Notes under the pieces: model-generated
The model's database searches: none
Seen by the model: only the letters and a program-made list of their open reading frames with translations
What the model was told of the DNA's origin: nothing
Source: Hemiscyllium ocellatum
Taxonomy: Eukaryota
Direction: 5' to 3'
DNA: 64,000 bases
Assembly: GCF_020745735.1 (NCBI RefSeq)
Contig: NC_083409.1
Coordinates: 20,294,341 to 20,358,340, forward strand
Shown: one piece after another, positions 24,360 through 36,991 of the stretch
Layout: each line of letters begins with the position of its first letter
Numbering within the stretch: position 1 is the first letter of the stretch
Program-made: the position numbers and the translations under genes

Positions 24360-27300
24360 ATCACAGAATTGTTACAGTGCACAAGGAGGCCATTCCACCC
24401 ACCTGTCTGTACTGGTTCTCTGAATGAGCAATTCACTGAGTGTCATTCTCCTGTCTTCTCCCTGTCACCCTGCACATTGTTCCTTTTCAAATAACAGTCT
24501 CATTCCCTTCAGAATGTTTCAATTGAAGCTGCCTCCACCACACTCTCAGGCAGTGCATTCCACACCGTAACCACTCACTGGCCGAAAATATTTTTCCTCA
24601 TCTCATTTTTGTTACTTTTCCCAATTACTTTCAATCTGTGTTCTCTCGGTCTCAATCCTTTCTCAATTGGGAACATTTTCTCCATATTTATTCTGTTCAG
24701 GCCCCTTCTGATTTTGAATTCCTCGAATAAATCTCCTTCCAGCCTTCTCCAAAGAAGACAGTCCCAAATTCTCCAGTAGATCTTCATTACTGATGTTCCT
24801 CATCCCTGGAATGACCTTTGGGAATATAATTTGTTATCTATCCAAAACATTCACATGCTTCCTGAATTAGTCACATTATCTGTGTCCCTCATGATTTTAT
24901 AAATTTCTCAGCCTCCGATGTTCCGATTCATCCTCTCCCTATCGTTCAAACGCTCCAATTCCTAGCAAAATTTTTGTAAATCGTTTTCTGCACCTTTTAA
25001 AAGTTGAACAACATCCTTCCTATCACAGAATGATCAGAATTGTTCACATTATTGCCAAAGTGGCCTCACCAATCTCCTGTACAGCTGCAACATGATGTCC
25101 TAACTCCGATACTCAATACAGTGACCAATAAAGGTAAACGTTCCCAAAACCTTCTTTATCGCCCTGTCTCCCTGTGATCCAGTTTTAAGAAATAATGTAC
25201 ATTTCCCTTACCTTCACCCCTCACCCCCCCACCCCTCACCCTTCACCCCTCACCCCTCACCCCTCACCCCTCACCCCTCACCCCTCACTCTCTTTGTCCA
25301 GCAACACTCCATAAGGCCCTACCATTAACTGTATAACTCCTGCCCTGGTTTGCCTTTCCAAAGTGCAACATCTCACATTTATCTAAACTGAACTCCATTT
25401 TCCACTCCTCTGTCCATTGCCCCATCTGATCAAGGTCCCACTGTACCCTGAGATAATCTTCTTCACTATCCACTGTCCCACCAATGTTGATGTCATTTAC
25501 AAACTTTTGTTAACTCCTATATTCACAGTGAAATCATTTATTTAAATGACCAAAAGCAGTGGACCCAGCACCACTCCTTGTGGCACACAGCTATTCACAG
25601 ATCTCCAACCCTTTACCATCACACCCTCTCTCCTATCTTCAAGCCAATTTTTTTTAACCCAAATGGCTAGCTCCCTCTGGATCCCATGTGGTCTAACCTT
25701 ACTAACCATTCTATCATGTGGAACTTTGTCAAATACTTTACTGAAGTCCATACAGACAGTGTCTACTGTTCTGCCTTCATCAGTCTTCTTTGTCACCTCC
25801 TCAATCAAATCAGGGAGACACAATTTCCCATGCACAAAACCACATTGATTATCCAAATGGATGGAAATCCTGTCCCTCAGAATCCACTCCAACATCTTAC
25901 CCAGCACTGACATCATGCTCACTGGCCTATAGTTCCCTGGCTTTTCCTTATAGCCATTCTGAAATAATGGTACAACATCAGCCAACCTCTCTGGTTCTCC
26001 AACATCTTACCTGTAGCTGTCGATGATAAACATATCTCAGCAAGGGGCCCAGCAATCTCTTCCCTCGTTTCCCACAATGTTCTGGGATACACCTGATCAT
26101 GCCCTAGGGATTTATCTACCTTTATATGTTTTAAGACTTTTGCATCTCCTCATTTGTATTGTGGACTTTTTGAAAGCATCACTATTTTTTCCAAATTCCC
26201 TCGCTTTCATGTCCTTCTCCACAATAAATACTGATCTGAAATATTTTTTTCGGACCTCACCCATCTCCTGTGTCTTTCCAAAATACAGCACTCACATTTA
26301 TCTGAATTAAACTCCATCTGCCATTCCTCAGCCCACTGACCCTGTTGGTCAAGATCCCATTGTACTCTTTGACAGCCTTTTTCACTGGCCACGATGCCAG
26401 CTGAAAATTCACCTGAACGCAGTCTCACAGCTCTAGCCCCTCTCTGCCCGTTACATTGCTACTATCCCAGTTTATATACAGAAATTAAAGATCCCTTCCC
26501 CGCATTTATAACCATTTTATCATATTTGCAGGTTTCTGTAAATTCCTTGCATTTGTATTCTTCCACATCCTTCCCACTGGGTGGTGATTTATTGACTGCA
26601 TTGAGAATTCTGTGGACCTTGATGTCGCTCTCTGATATTCCCCCTGGCTCCCACAGCCCTGCCAAGTTAGTTTAAATCCTCTTCAACAGCACTAGTAGAT
26701 CCCCCCAAAGGAACTCAGTCCAAGCTCTGTTCAGGAGCAACACTGTCTGGTCTGTCCAGATGCCATCTCCCCCAGACTTACTCCCAATGTCCCAAGAATC
26801 TAAAGCCCTCCCTCCTGGACCCTGTCTCCAGCTCCACAGTAACCTGTGTTACCCTCCTGTTCGTCTTCTCACTTGCATGGGGTAATGGGGGTAATCTGAA
26901 GATTCCTACCGTTTAGCTCCTACTCCTAATTTCCTCCCGAGCTCCCTAAATTCTGACTGGAGGACCACATCCCTTTTCTCCCTCTGTCACTGGGACCGAT
27001 GTGGACCACGACTGCTGCTTGTTCCCCCTCTCCACTCAGGGTGCTCTGCAGTCGCTCAGTGACATCCTTGACCCTGGCACCAGGGAGACAACACACCATC
27101 CTGGATTCCCATCTGCAGCTGCAGAAACACCTATCGATTGCCCTCAGTCTCGAATCTCCTCTCCTCTCACTCTTCCAGTCTTCTTGTGCGCCCCCCCCCA
27201 CACCCTCTACAGCTGACCAACGCGTGCCGCCAGGGACTTAGCTCTGGCTGCACTCCCCAGATTAACTATCATTCTCATTAGGATTCTGAACTGAATCCTG

Positions 27301-27510
27301 GTTGGAGAGTGGGATGCACTCGGGGATTTCTGTGCTAACTGCCTGATTCTTTTGGACTGTCTGCTGCTCTCCCATCCCCTGTCTCCCTGCATACTCTGAA
27401 GCTGCAGAGTGACCACATCTAGAAACGTGCTCTCCAAGGAGTTCTCAGCCTCACGGATGCTCCGCACTGACACCAGCTGCTGCTCAAGCTCTGAAACCCG
27501 GAGCTCCAAC
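24360..27510 (-). mobile_element. Nested CR1-type LINE fragments in the J-C intron (3' ends, RT, ORF1)
   Basis: NYRPVSMMSVLGK, MDFSKVFDKVPH, MVCCLPGARVKDV (SGNH esterase), ELRVSELEQQL (ORF1 coiled coil). Confidence 0.85.
25214..25287. repeat. (CACCCCT)n heptamer microsatellite
   Basis: About 10 imperfect units. Confidence 0.9.
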
Positions 27511-27699
27511 TGCTGTCACTGACCACACTTCCTGTAATCATGGCATTCTAGGAGCTGGGAAGCATTCTGAAATTCCCACATGGATGCACACCCTCTCCAT
27601 TCTTTGGTTATCTCTTGGCAAAGTTCTGATAACAAACAGCTCCAGTAGGGCTCACAGTCCAGTGGGTTCAGTGTTCCAGGGTTTTGGGGAAACTTTCCA

Positions 27700-30560
27700 G
27701 AAGACTTTAAGAAATAGGAGCAGAAATCAGCCATTCAGCCCATTGAATCTGCTCTGCCATTTGATCTTGGCAGATATGCTTCTCAACCCCATTCTCCTAT
27801 CGACTCCACAGGAACTTTCGATCCCCTTTACAATCACAAATGTTTCTATCTCTGTCTTAAATACACTCAGTGATTTGCCTCCACTGCCCCCTGTAACAAT
27901 GAGTTCCACAGATTCACCACCCTCTGGCTGAAGAAATTCCTCCTCATCTCAGCTCTAATGGGTCAGCCCTTCATTCTGAGGCTGTGCCTTGGTTACCGAG
28001 TCTCTCCTGTTTTTGGAAACATCTTCTCTGCTTCCACTCTATCCAGGCCGATCAGTATTCTGTAAATTTCAATGAGATCCTTCCTCATCCTTCTAAACTC
28101 CATCGAGTACAGACCCAGGGTCCTCAACCATGGCAAGCCCTTCATCCCCAGGATCATTCTTGTAAATCCCTCCAATGCCAGCACATTGCTTCTTAGAATA
28201 TGAGTCCCAAATCTGTTCACAACATTCCAAAAGCAGTCTGACCAGAGCCTTACACAGCCTCAGCAGGACATCTCTGCTCTTGTATTCTGGTCCTATTGAA
28301 ATGAGTGCTATCATTTCATTTGCCTTCCCAAGCACAAACTGCACCTGCCTGTTAACCTTCAGAAACCCTGAAAGAGGTTTGTGCTTTAGATTTCCAAAGG
28401 CTTTCCTCATTTAGCAAACAGTCTTTGTATTTCTTTTTCCAACCAAAGTGCACACCCTCACACTGTAACACATTGTATTCTATCTGCCACTTCTTTGCCC
28501 ACTCTCCGAGCCTATCCAGCAGCTTTTACAGCCTTCCCACTTCCTCAACACTATCTGTCCCTCCACCTACCTCATGTCACCTGCAAACTTAGCAACAATG
28601 TCTTCACTTCCTTCATCCAGATTGTTCATGTATAACGTGAATAGTTACGGTCCTAACATTGACACCTGCAGAACTCTACTCGTCACCAGCGGCCATTGTT
28701 CCTCACGCTCTGCTTTATGCCAACCTGCCAGTCCTCGGTCCATGCAATACATTGCCCCTAATACTGTGGGCACTTATCTTATGTCAAATGCCTTCTGGAA
28801 ATCCAAATAGATTATTTCCTCGGACTCTCCTTTGTCTGACTGGCTCATTGCCTCCTCAAAGAATTCTAGCAGATTTGCCAGGCAGGACCTCCCCTTGATG
28901 AAGCCGTGTTGACTTAGCCCTAGTTTACCATTGCACTTCCAAGTCCTCTGCAATTTCATCCTTAAATTGAAGTCTAAAACCTTACCAATAATGGTCCAGG
29001 CTAACTGGCCTATAATTTCTCATCTTTAAACTCCCTCCCTTCTTAAACAGGGCTGTTATGGGAGCCATTTTCTATTTCCTTGCCCCCACCAAATTCCTCC
29101 CCACCCCACCTCCACACCCCGACTCCATTGATTCCTGAAGGATCATCACCAATGTCTCCACAATCTCCTCAGCGATCTCCTTCAGAACACACAGATGTAG
29201 TTTATCCAGTCTGGGTGCGTTATCCACATTCAGACCTTTCAGCTTCCCCAGTACCTCCTCCTTAGTGATGGCCACCACACTCCCCTCTGCCCCCTGACAG
29301 TCTTGAATTACTGGGACACTGCTGGTGTTTTCCATGGTGCAGACTGATGCAAAGTATCTATTCAATTCCTTTGCTATTTCTATTATTCTTTCTCCAGCCT
29401 CATTTTCCAGTGATCCAATGTCTATTTTGGCCTCCCTCTTCCTTTTTATATATCTGATAACACTCTTAAAATCTTCTTTTGTATTACTGGTGCGCTTATC
29501 CCCATATTTCACCTTCTCCATCCTTAATGCTTTTATCATTGTCCTCTACAGGTTTTTAAATACTTCCTAACCTTCTAGCTTCCCACTATTCTCCACCATG
29601 TTGTCTTCCTTTTCCTTTTATGCTGTCCTTGATCTCCCCCATCAGCCATAGTTGCCTTGTCCTCCCCTTAGTATGTTTCTTCTTTTTTGGGATGAATTCC
29701 GACTCTACTTCCTAAATTGCCCCCATAAACTCTGCTGTTTGCTGCCCCACCATCTTACCTGCTCGGTTCCCCTTCCAATTAACTCTGGCCAGCTCCTTCC
29801 TCATGTCTTTGCAGTTACCTTTACTCAACTGAAATACGGTTCCATCTGATTGCAGATTCTCCCTCTCAAACTATAGGGGGAATTCTATCGTATTATGGTC
29901 ATTTATCCACAGGGATACTTTCACCTTAAACTCACTAGTCAAGTTTGACTCATTACACATCACTGAATCCAGACCTGCCTGTTCCATCATGGCTCAACCA
30001 CAAGCTGCTCCAAAATCCATCTCATTGACATTCCATGAAATCCTTTCCTTGAGACGCGCTACCCAGTCCACCTATTCATTGAAGTCTGCCCTGACATTTT
30101 GTATACAGCTTCTCTGTCTCCTGATTGATATTCTTCCCCACCCCCTGATTACTGCTTGGAGACCTGCACATAACTTGCATCAGATTCTTTATTTCTTGTG
30201 GTTCCTCAACTCTACCCACACAGATTCTACACCTTCTGACTCTCTATCACTTCTTGCTATTGATTGAATTTTATTTCACACTAACAAGGCAACTCTTGCC
30301 CCTCTGCCCATCTACCTGTCCTTTTGATAGGATATGTACCATTGGATATTTAGTTCCTAGCCCGGATCCCCTTACAGCCATGTCTCTGTGATACCCACAA
30401 CATCGTACCCGCCAGTTTCAATCTGCACTACAAACTCAATGTGTATACTATGTGTATTAAAGTACAACACCCTCAGTCCTGCATTGACTGCCCTCCTTCC
30501 CATCATTGTCCTCTTATCTACTGTGCTTTACCTTCGACTCCTGATCCTTTCCACACTCTC
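27700..30560 (-). mobile_element. Degraded CR1-type LINE (3' end, RT, APE)
   Basis: HGFIKGRSCLANLLEFF, YLDFQKAFD, VLGKLKGLNVD...KLHLCVLKE. Confidence 0.85.
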
Positions 30561-30907
30561 TGTCCTTTTACATCTTCTGGAAACTTAAATAATCTCCATT
30601 GAGCCCTCCTCCACTTTAACTAGTTTAAATTCCTTGGAAACTCAATTTACATAGATTTGTGGCATCACTTTGTCTCCCTTACTCGGAATGCTTCGTGCAT
30701 TTAGTTACAAACTCTTTAAGTTTATTCTATTATTGATTTTCCCAGCGCTTCTTTGGTTACTTTGATTTTAACATTTCCGTCCCTACCTTTTATTTTCTGA
30801 TAACAATCAATCCCATCACTGACCAGCAATCGTACCTTCTTCTTCACCTTCCGTTTTCTCATTTTCCATCCAATTGAACCAAATTACTTTCTCTTGGGGT
30901 TACCTTC

Positions 30908-32860
30908 AGGCATGCTGGCTCAGTGGTTAACACTGCTACCTCACAGCACCAAGGACCTGGGTCCAATTCCCATCCTTGGGAAACTGTCTGTGTGGTGTTT
31001 GCAAATTCTACCTGTGTCTGTGTGGGTTTCCCCCAGGTGCTCTGGTTTACTCTCATTGTCCAAAGATGTGAATATGGAATCACAAATAATTAGAATGGAT
31101 GCCCTGGAAATATGCAGGGAAGAGGTTTTGGGAATATTGGAAAGGATGAATATAGATAAGTCTCCTGGGCCTGATGGCATTTACCCCAGGATCCTATGGG
31201 AAGCTAGGGAGGAGATAGCAGAGCCATTGGCCTGGATTTTTATGTCGTCATTGTCAACGGGAATAGTACCAGAGGACTGGAGGATAGCGAATGTGGTCCC
31301 ATTGTTCAAGAAAGGGAGTAGGGATAGCCCTAGTAACTATAGGCCAGTGAGTCTGACTTCAGTGGTGGGCAAAGTCTTAGAGAGAATGGTAAGGGATAAG
31401 ATTTATGAACATCTGGGTAGGAATAACGTGATCAGGGATAGCCAGCATGGTTTTGTGAAGGGCAGGTCGTGCCTCACAAACCTTATTGAGTTCTTTGAGA
31501 AGGTGACTAAGGAAGTGGACGAGGGTAAAGCAGTAGATGTTGTGTATATGGATTTTAGTAAGGCGTTCGATAAGGTTCCCCATGGTAGGCTAATGCTAAA
31601 ACTTCGGAGGTATGGCATTGAGGATACATTAGAGGTTTGGATTAGGAATTGGCTGGCTGGAAGGAGACAGAGGGTGGTAGTTGATGGATTGTGTTCATCT
31701 TGGAGCGCAGTTACTAGCGGTGTACCACAAGGATCTGTTTTGGGACCATTGCTTTTTGTTATCTTTATAAATGATCTAGAGGAAGGACTTGAAAGCTGGG
31801 TAAGCAAGTTTGCGGATGACACAAAGGTCGGTGGAGTTGTGGATAGTGAGGAAGGAAGTGGTAGGTTACAGCGGGATATAGATAAGTTGCAGAGCTGGGC
31901 GGAAATGTGGCAAATGGAATTCAATGTAGCTAAGTGCGAAGTCGTTCACTTTGGTAGGAATAACAAGATGATGGATTACTGGGCTAATGGTAGGCTACTT
32001 GGTAGTGTGGATGAGCAGAGGGATCTTGGTGTCTATGTACACAGATCTCTGAAAGTTGCCACCCAGGTAAATAGTGCTGTGAGGAAGGCATATGGTGTGC
32101 TGGGCTTTATTGGCAGGGGAATTGAGTTCCGGAGTCCTGAGGTCATGTTGCAGTTGTATAAGACTCTGGTGAGGCCTCATCTGGAGTATTGTGTGCAGTT
32201 TTGGTCGCCATACTATAGGAAGGATGTGGAAGCTTTAGAACAAGTGCAGAGGAGGTTTACCAGGATGTTGCCTGGAATGGTAGGAAAATCTTATGAGGAA
32301 AGGCTGAGGCACTTGGGGCTGTTCTCATTGGAGAAGAGAAGGTTTAGGGGAGATCTGATAGAAGTGTATAAGATGATTAGGGGTTTAGATAGGGTAGATA
32401 CTAAGAACCTTTTACCGCTAATGGAGTTAGGTGTTACTAGGGGACATAGCTTTAAATTAAGGGGTGGTAGGTATAGGACAGATGTTAGGGGTAGATTCTT
32501 CACACAGCGGGTTGTGAGTTCATGGAATGCCCTGCCCGTATCAGTGGTGAACTCTCCTTCTTTATGGTCATTTAAGCGGGCATTGGATAGGCATTTGGAA
32601 GTTATTGGGCTAGTATAGGTTAGGTAGGATTCGGTCGGCGCAACATCGAGGGCCGAAGGGCCTGTACTGCGCTGTATCCTTCTATGTTCTATGTTCTATG
32701 TGCAGGTCAGGTGAATTGGCCATTCTAAATTGCCTACAGTGTTAGGTGAAATAGTCAGGAGTAAATGTAGGGACTGTTTCGGTGGGCTGCTGTTTGGGGG
32801 GTTGGTGTGGACTTGTCAGGCTGAACAGCCTGTTTCCACACTGGAGGGAATCTAAGGCCA
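30908..32860 (+). mobile_element. HE1/V-SINE-like SINE split in two (30908-31070 and about 32698-32860) by a LINE
   Basis: The 5' half ends ...ccaaagatgtg and the 3' half resumes gtgcaggtcaggtgaattgg, reconstituting the junction seen intact at 49460-49485. Confidence 0.9.
31071..32700 (+). mobile_element. Young 5'-truncated CR1-type (HER1-like) LINE with an uninterrupted RT ORF
   Basis: Open frame to 32618 with NYRPVSLT, YMDFSKAFD, GVPQGS and FADD (31809-31820); (TTCTATG)3 tail; ATGTG at both junctions (31066-31070, 32698-32702). Confidence 0.95.
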
Positions 32861-33049
32861 ATATTTATCATTAATCCAACATCATTATTGCTCTTTGATC
32901 TCATTGCTTCTACTTGGATCTTGCTTTCTAGAAAGTGGCTGCCACGTTCCTGACATTGCGACAATGTAGTTTGTCAAACAAAACTGTCTGTAAATGTTTT
33001 TGGAAGACCCTGAAATGTTAAGGGCTGGATTGATGCCCATATTCCTCTA

Positions 33050-34680
33050 AACTCTTCCTATATACATATCCATGCCCTTTAAATGTTGTAATCATACCAG
33101 CCTTCACCACTTCTTCTGGCAGCTCATTTCATACATTTAACACCCTCTGAAAGAAAACATTGTCCCTTAGGTCCCTTTTAAATCTTTCCCCTGTCACCTT
33201 CAGCCTATGCCCTCCAGTTCTGGACTCCCCCAGTCTGGAGAAAAGATCTTCTCTATTCACCTTTTCTATGCTGCTCATGATTTTATAAACCTCTATACGG
33301 TCACCCAACAACCTGCAATGATCCAGGGAAAACAGCCTCAGCCCATTCAACCTCTCCCTTTTGCACAAAGCCTCCAATCTTGGCAACATCATTGTAAATC
33401 TTTTCTGAACCATTTTAAGACTCACAACATTTTTCCTCCAGCAGGGAGACCAGAATTGCACACAGTATTCCAAAAATGGCCGAACCGATGTCCTGTACAG
33501 CACAACAGCTCCCAACTCCAATATCCAATACACTGTCCAATAAAGGAAAGCATACCAAATGACTTCGTCACCCCCCTACCTACCTGCAACTCCACTTTGA
33601 GGGAAGTTTTCTTCATTTTTTTGGATGAACTGAGAGTCTTTCAGTTGTGTAAGATGCCATTCCATGGCACTATTGGATGAAGAGCAGGCAGTTCCCTCTG
33701 GTGTCCCTGATCAATATTTATCCCTCAGGCAAAATCACTAAAAATCTATTTCGCTGCTAATTGTCATACTGTGTTTGGGATCTCGCTGTGCATAGTTTGC
33801 TGGAAAGAACCATTGGGACATCCTGACTTGGACAGGTGCTACACAAATGCAAGTTTTTTTTAAGGTTGGAGTCTCCTGATCCGGGTCCTCATCCATTGCC
33901 TGCGCACTCTCACCTTCCAGGAGTTGTAGGGTCATTTGGAGCAGTGACTCTGTCTGACCCCAGGACATTGAGACTCTTCGCAGCCTCACCCTTGACCCTC
34001 AGCCCAGCAGTGTGCAGCAAGGTTTGAATTGTAATCTAGAACCTTCTACACAGACATCCCAATGTGACTCTTTCCCAAAGTGTGTGGATCCGAGTCTGCT
34101 CCAATGTTCTCGGATAAGGTTCTCCTGATCTGTGGGTGATCAGAGATTTATTAAATAGGTATCGAGCTCCATCCCACTTTCCAGCTCTTGCTCCATAGCT
34201 CTAGAGGGTTCACTGTTTCAAATGAATATCCAAGTGTTTTTTTCAATGTGATGAGTGTTTCTGCCTCTCCCACCCTTTCAGACAGTGAGTCCCACATCCA
34301 ACCAGCCTCTGGGTGAAAACAAATACCCTCAACTGCCCTCTAACCCTGCCTCCAACTGATTTCAATCTCTCCCCATGGTTATTGCCCTCTGTGCTGGTGA
34401 AAATCAGTCCTTCCTACCCACTCTGTCCAAGCCCGTCATCATTTTACACACCACGATCAAACCTCCCCTCAGTCACCTCTGTTCCAAAGAAAACACTCCC
34501 AGCCAAACCAGTCATTCCTCAAAGCTCAAAGTCCCCATTCCAGACAAACTCCTCCTCTGTCCCCATCTCTAATGGAATCACATCCTTCCTGTAATCTGGT
34601 GACCAGAACCGTACACAGTTCTCTCACTGTGCTCTAATTGGGGTTTTATACAGTTCCAGAATAAACAAACTCCTTGCTTT
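33050..34680 (-). mobile_element. CR1-type LINE 3' fragments
   Basis: FLEYCVQFWSPCWRK...MVQKRFTMMLP; a second similar segment lies at 34100-34680. Confidence 0.8.
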
Positions 34681-34704
34681 CACAGTCAACCAAAAATGAG
34701 ATAA

Positions 34705-35045
34705 GGGAGGTGATGGTCTAATGGTGATATTGCTGAGCTGTTAATCCAGAGATCCAGGTAATGTTCTGGGGACCAGGGTTAGAATCCAGCAGATGGTGGC
34801 ATTCAAATTCAATCAAGAAAATCTGCAATTTAGAGTCTAATGACGACCATGAAACCATTGTTGATTGTCACGAAAAAGCCATCTGATTCCCTAATGTCCT
34901 TTAGGGAAAGAAACTGCCATCCTTATCATGTGACCTCAAACCCACAGCAATGTGGTTGACTCTAAACTGCCCTCTGGGTGATTATGGATGGGCAATAAAT
35001 GCTGCCGATCCAGCAATTGCCCTCATCCCATCAAGGGAAAAAGAA
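34705..35045 (+). mobile_element. Second tRNA-derived SINE family
   Basis: A-box-like ggtctaatggt, B-box-like gggttagaatcc; the 3' part ends in an A-rich tail. Confidence 0.55.
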
Positions 35046-36167
35046 AAACAGTTTATCCCATGTGTCTTCTTACCACCTCACTGACCAGTATTCATTAATC
35101 ACCATGGCCACATCTTCCACCTCCACACACATTTGACTTCCAGCTTCAAACTGATGAGAGACATTTCTTCATTATCTGGGAAACAGATAGAAACATCCAA
35201 ACCTGGAGCAGCAGTAGGCCATTCGGCTCCTCAAGCCTGTTTCACCATTCAATATGATCATGGCTGATCATCCAACACAGTCCCCTGTTCCTGCTTTCTC
35301 CCCACATTCTTTGATCCCTTTAATCTGAAGAACTATATCTAATTCTTTATTGAACACATACTGCATCTAATTCCACCATGCTGGTAAAATGGATGAGAAT
35401 TATTGAGTTGTGGTTTTTTGACCAGTATGGACACAATAGGCCTTTGGGTCTTTCTGACTCTATTATATTATATTATGAATAACTGAGTACCAAAGACTGA
35501 CTCGTGTGGCAGCCTAAGTTGTAACTACCTGTCATTCAGAAAAAGACTCACTCCTTCTGTCCTGTCCGCCAATCAGTTCCCAATCCATGTCAGTACATGA
35601 CCCCAATCCTGTTGTTCATTCAGTCTAGACCTGGAAGTCCCACCCTTACTCATTGTGGGAACAGATTCTGAACAATCTCTGTCTCATCCTTCGAGGGCTC
35701 CCATTGCCTTGACACTGATTTCCAATCATGTCGCTGGTTCCAATGCACTTTTACCAAAGCACCACACAGTTTAGTAAAATGGAAACTTTTACACTTGGTC
35801 CATGGTTCTCCATTTCCATCCCTACTCTCAAGCTCACTGAGTTCTGATCACTGCCACTGAAATGCTCCCCCATTGATAGCCTTTCCAGCTGCCCACATTC
35901 ATTCTATAAACAATGATCCAAAACTGTCCCTTCTCTCTCTGCTGCTTCACCATCACCTTCTCAGGGGCAAGTAGGGATGGGTAATAAGTGTTGGCCCTGC
36001 CAGTGACACTCACATCCCAAGAAGCAACTTGAACAATGCCTGGTCGTTTGTTGGGTTTATTCTGTATTGACTACAAATATTAAAAAAGATTGAATGGCCA
36101 GTGAATATTGGGAGGTTTGAATTCCCTTTTAGTGGTAGGAATTAAAATTGTTTCTCTTGTCTTTCAG

Positions 36168-36496
36168 GCCGTGAGAACTCACAACCCAAGCTGACACTGC
36201 TGCCCCCTTCCCCGGAGCAGGTCAATGCCAAGGGCACTGCCACCCTGGTGTGCCTTGCCAATCACTTCTATCCCGATGAGCTGGAGGTGCAGTGGAAGAA
36301 GGATGGTGCAGTCATTTTGGACGGGGTTCAGACCAGCAACTACCTGCGAGCTTCGGACAGCACCTACAGTGTCAGCAGCCTGCTGACCCTCTCTGGGTCT
36401 GACTGGGAGTCCGACGCTCGCTTCTCCTGTGCCCTCACCCACGTGACCCTCCCCTCTCCCCTCAGCAAGAGCATCAGGAGATCAGAATGTGTGTAG
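36168..36496 (+). CDS. IGKC: Ig kappa (NS4) constant exon, copy 1
   Basis: Acceptor ctttcag|gc in phase with J. RENSQPKLTLLPPS...ATLVCLANHFYP...VQWKKDG...YSVSSLLTL...FSCALTH...SECV stop. Leader+VJ+C = 708 nt (235 aa). Confidence 0.96.
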
Positions 36497-36985
36497 AGTG
36501 TTGGAGACAGTCCACAGAGGAGACACAACTTTAAATAGAACAGGGCTGAGCTGGCAGGACAAAGGTCATTGTCAGCACTGAATTTCTCTTCCTTCCTTCT
36601 CAGGATTGCTCAGAGAAACATCTGAGGTTTGGATGTTGAAGCATGTCATTGGGATAGTGGTGAGAGAACTTTACACCATGTCAAAACTCATACTGTTCTG
36701 GGAGTGTTTGATGGGGACAGGATTGCTTTGTGATGTCAGCTGTACAAAACAATGTGACTCTCAGAAGTCTCTCCTTCAGGAAACCAGATCTTCTTCCTGC
36801 TCAGCCACCAGTTCCAATTTAAGGTTTTGTCACTATTTAAAGGGACAGGATTCTCATGTTATTGAGAAAATCTCTCCAAGTGTTTTCCTCAAGCTCCATT
36901 GTGGCTGTGAATTTGAGCAACTTCCTCTGTCTGGGCTGTTAATTGCAGTTGTTTCTTTTTTGGTCAATGTGAATGTGGAAAAGGG

Positions 36986-36991
36986 AATAAA
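36986..36991 (+). terminator. Polyadenylation signal of kappa copy 1
   Basis: AATAAA followed by a GT-rich stretch; conserved in copies 2 and 3. Confidence 0.7.

Noticed and set aside
30894-31070. N-terminal part of the 574-aa ORF as a novel protein domain
   Set aside because: It is chance read-through of SINE sequence into the LINE frame, and it starts at TTG.
31403-31924. Long antisense ORFs over LINE and PLE copies (also 39432-39784, 54463-55029)
   Set aside because: They are shadow frames of retroelement ORFs or duplicated by the palindrome.
34960-34980. CTGCCCTCT as additional CTCF sites (also about 34333)
   Set aside because: They lack the AGTGG/GGTGG half and lie inside SINE or LINE sequence.
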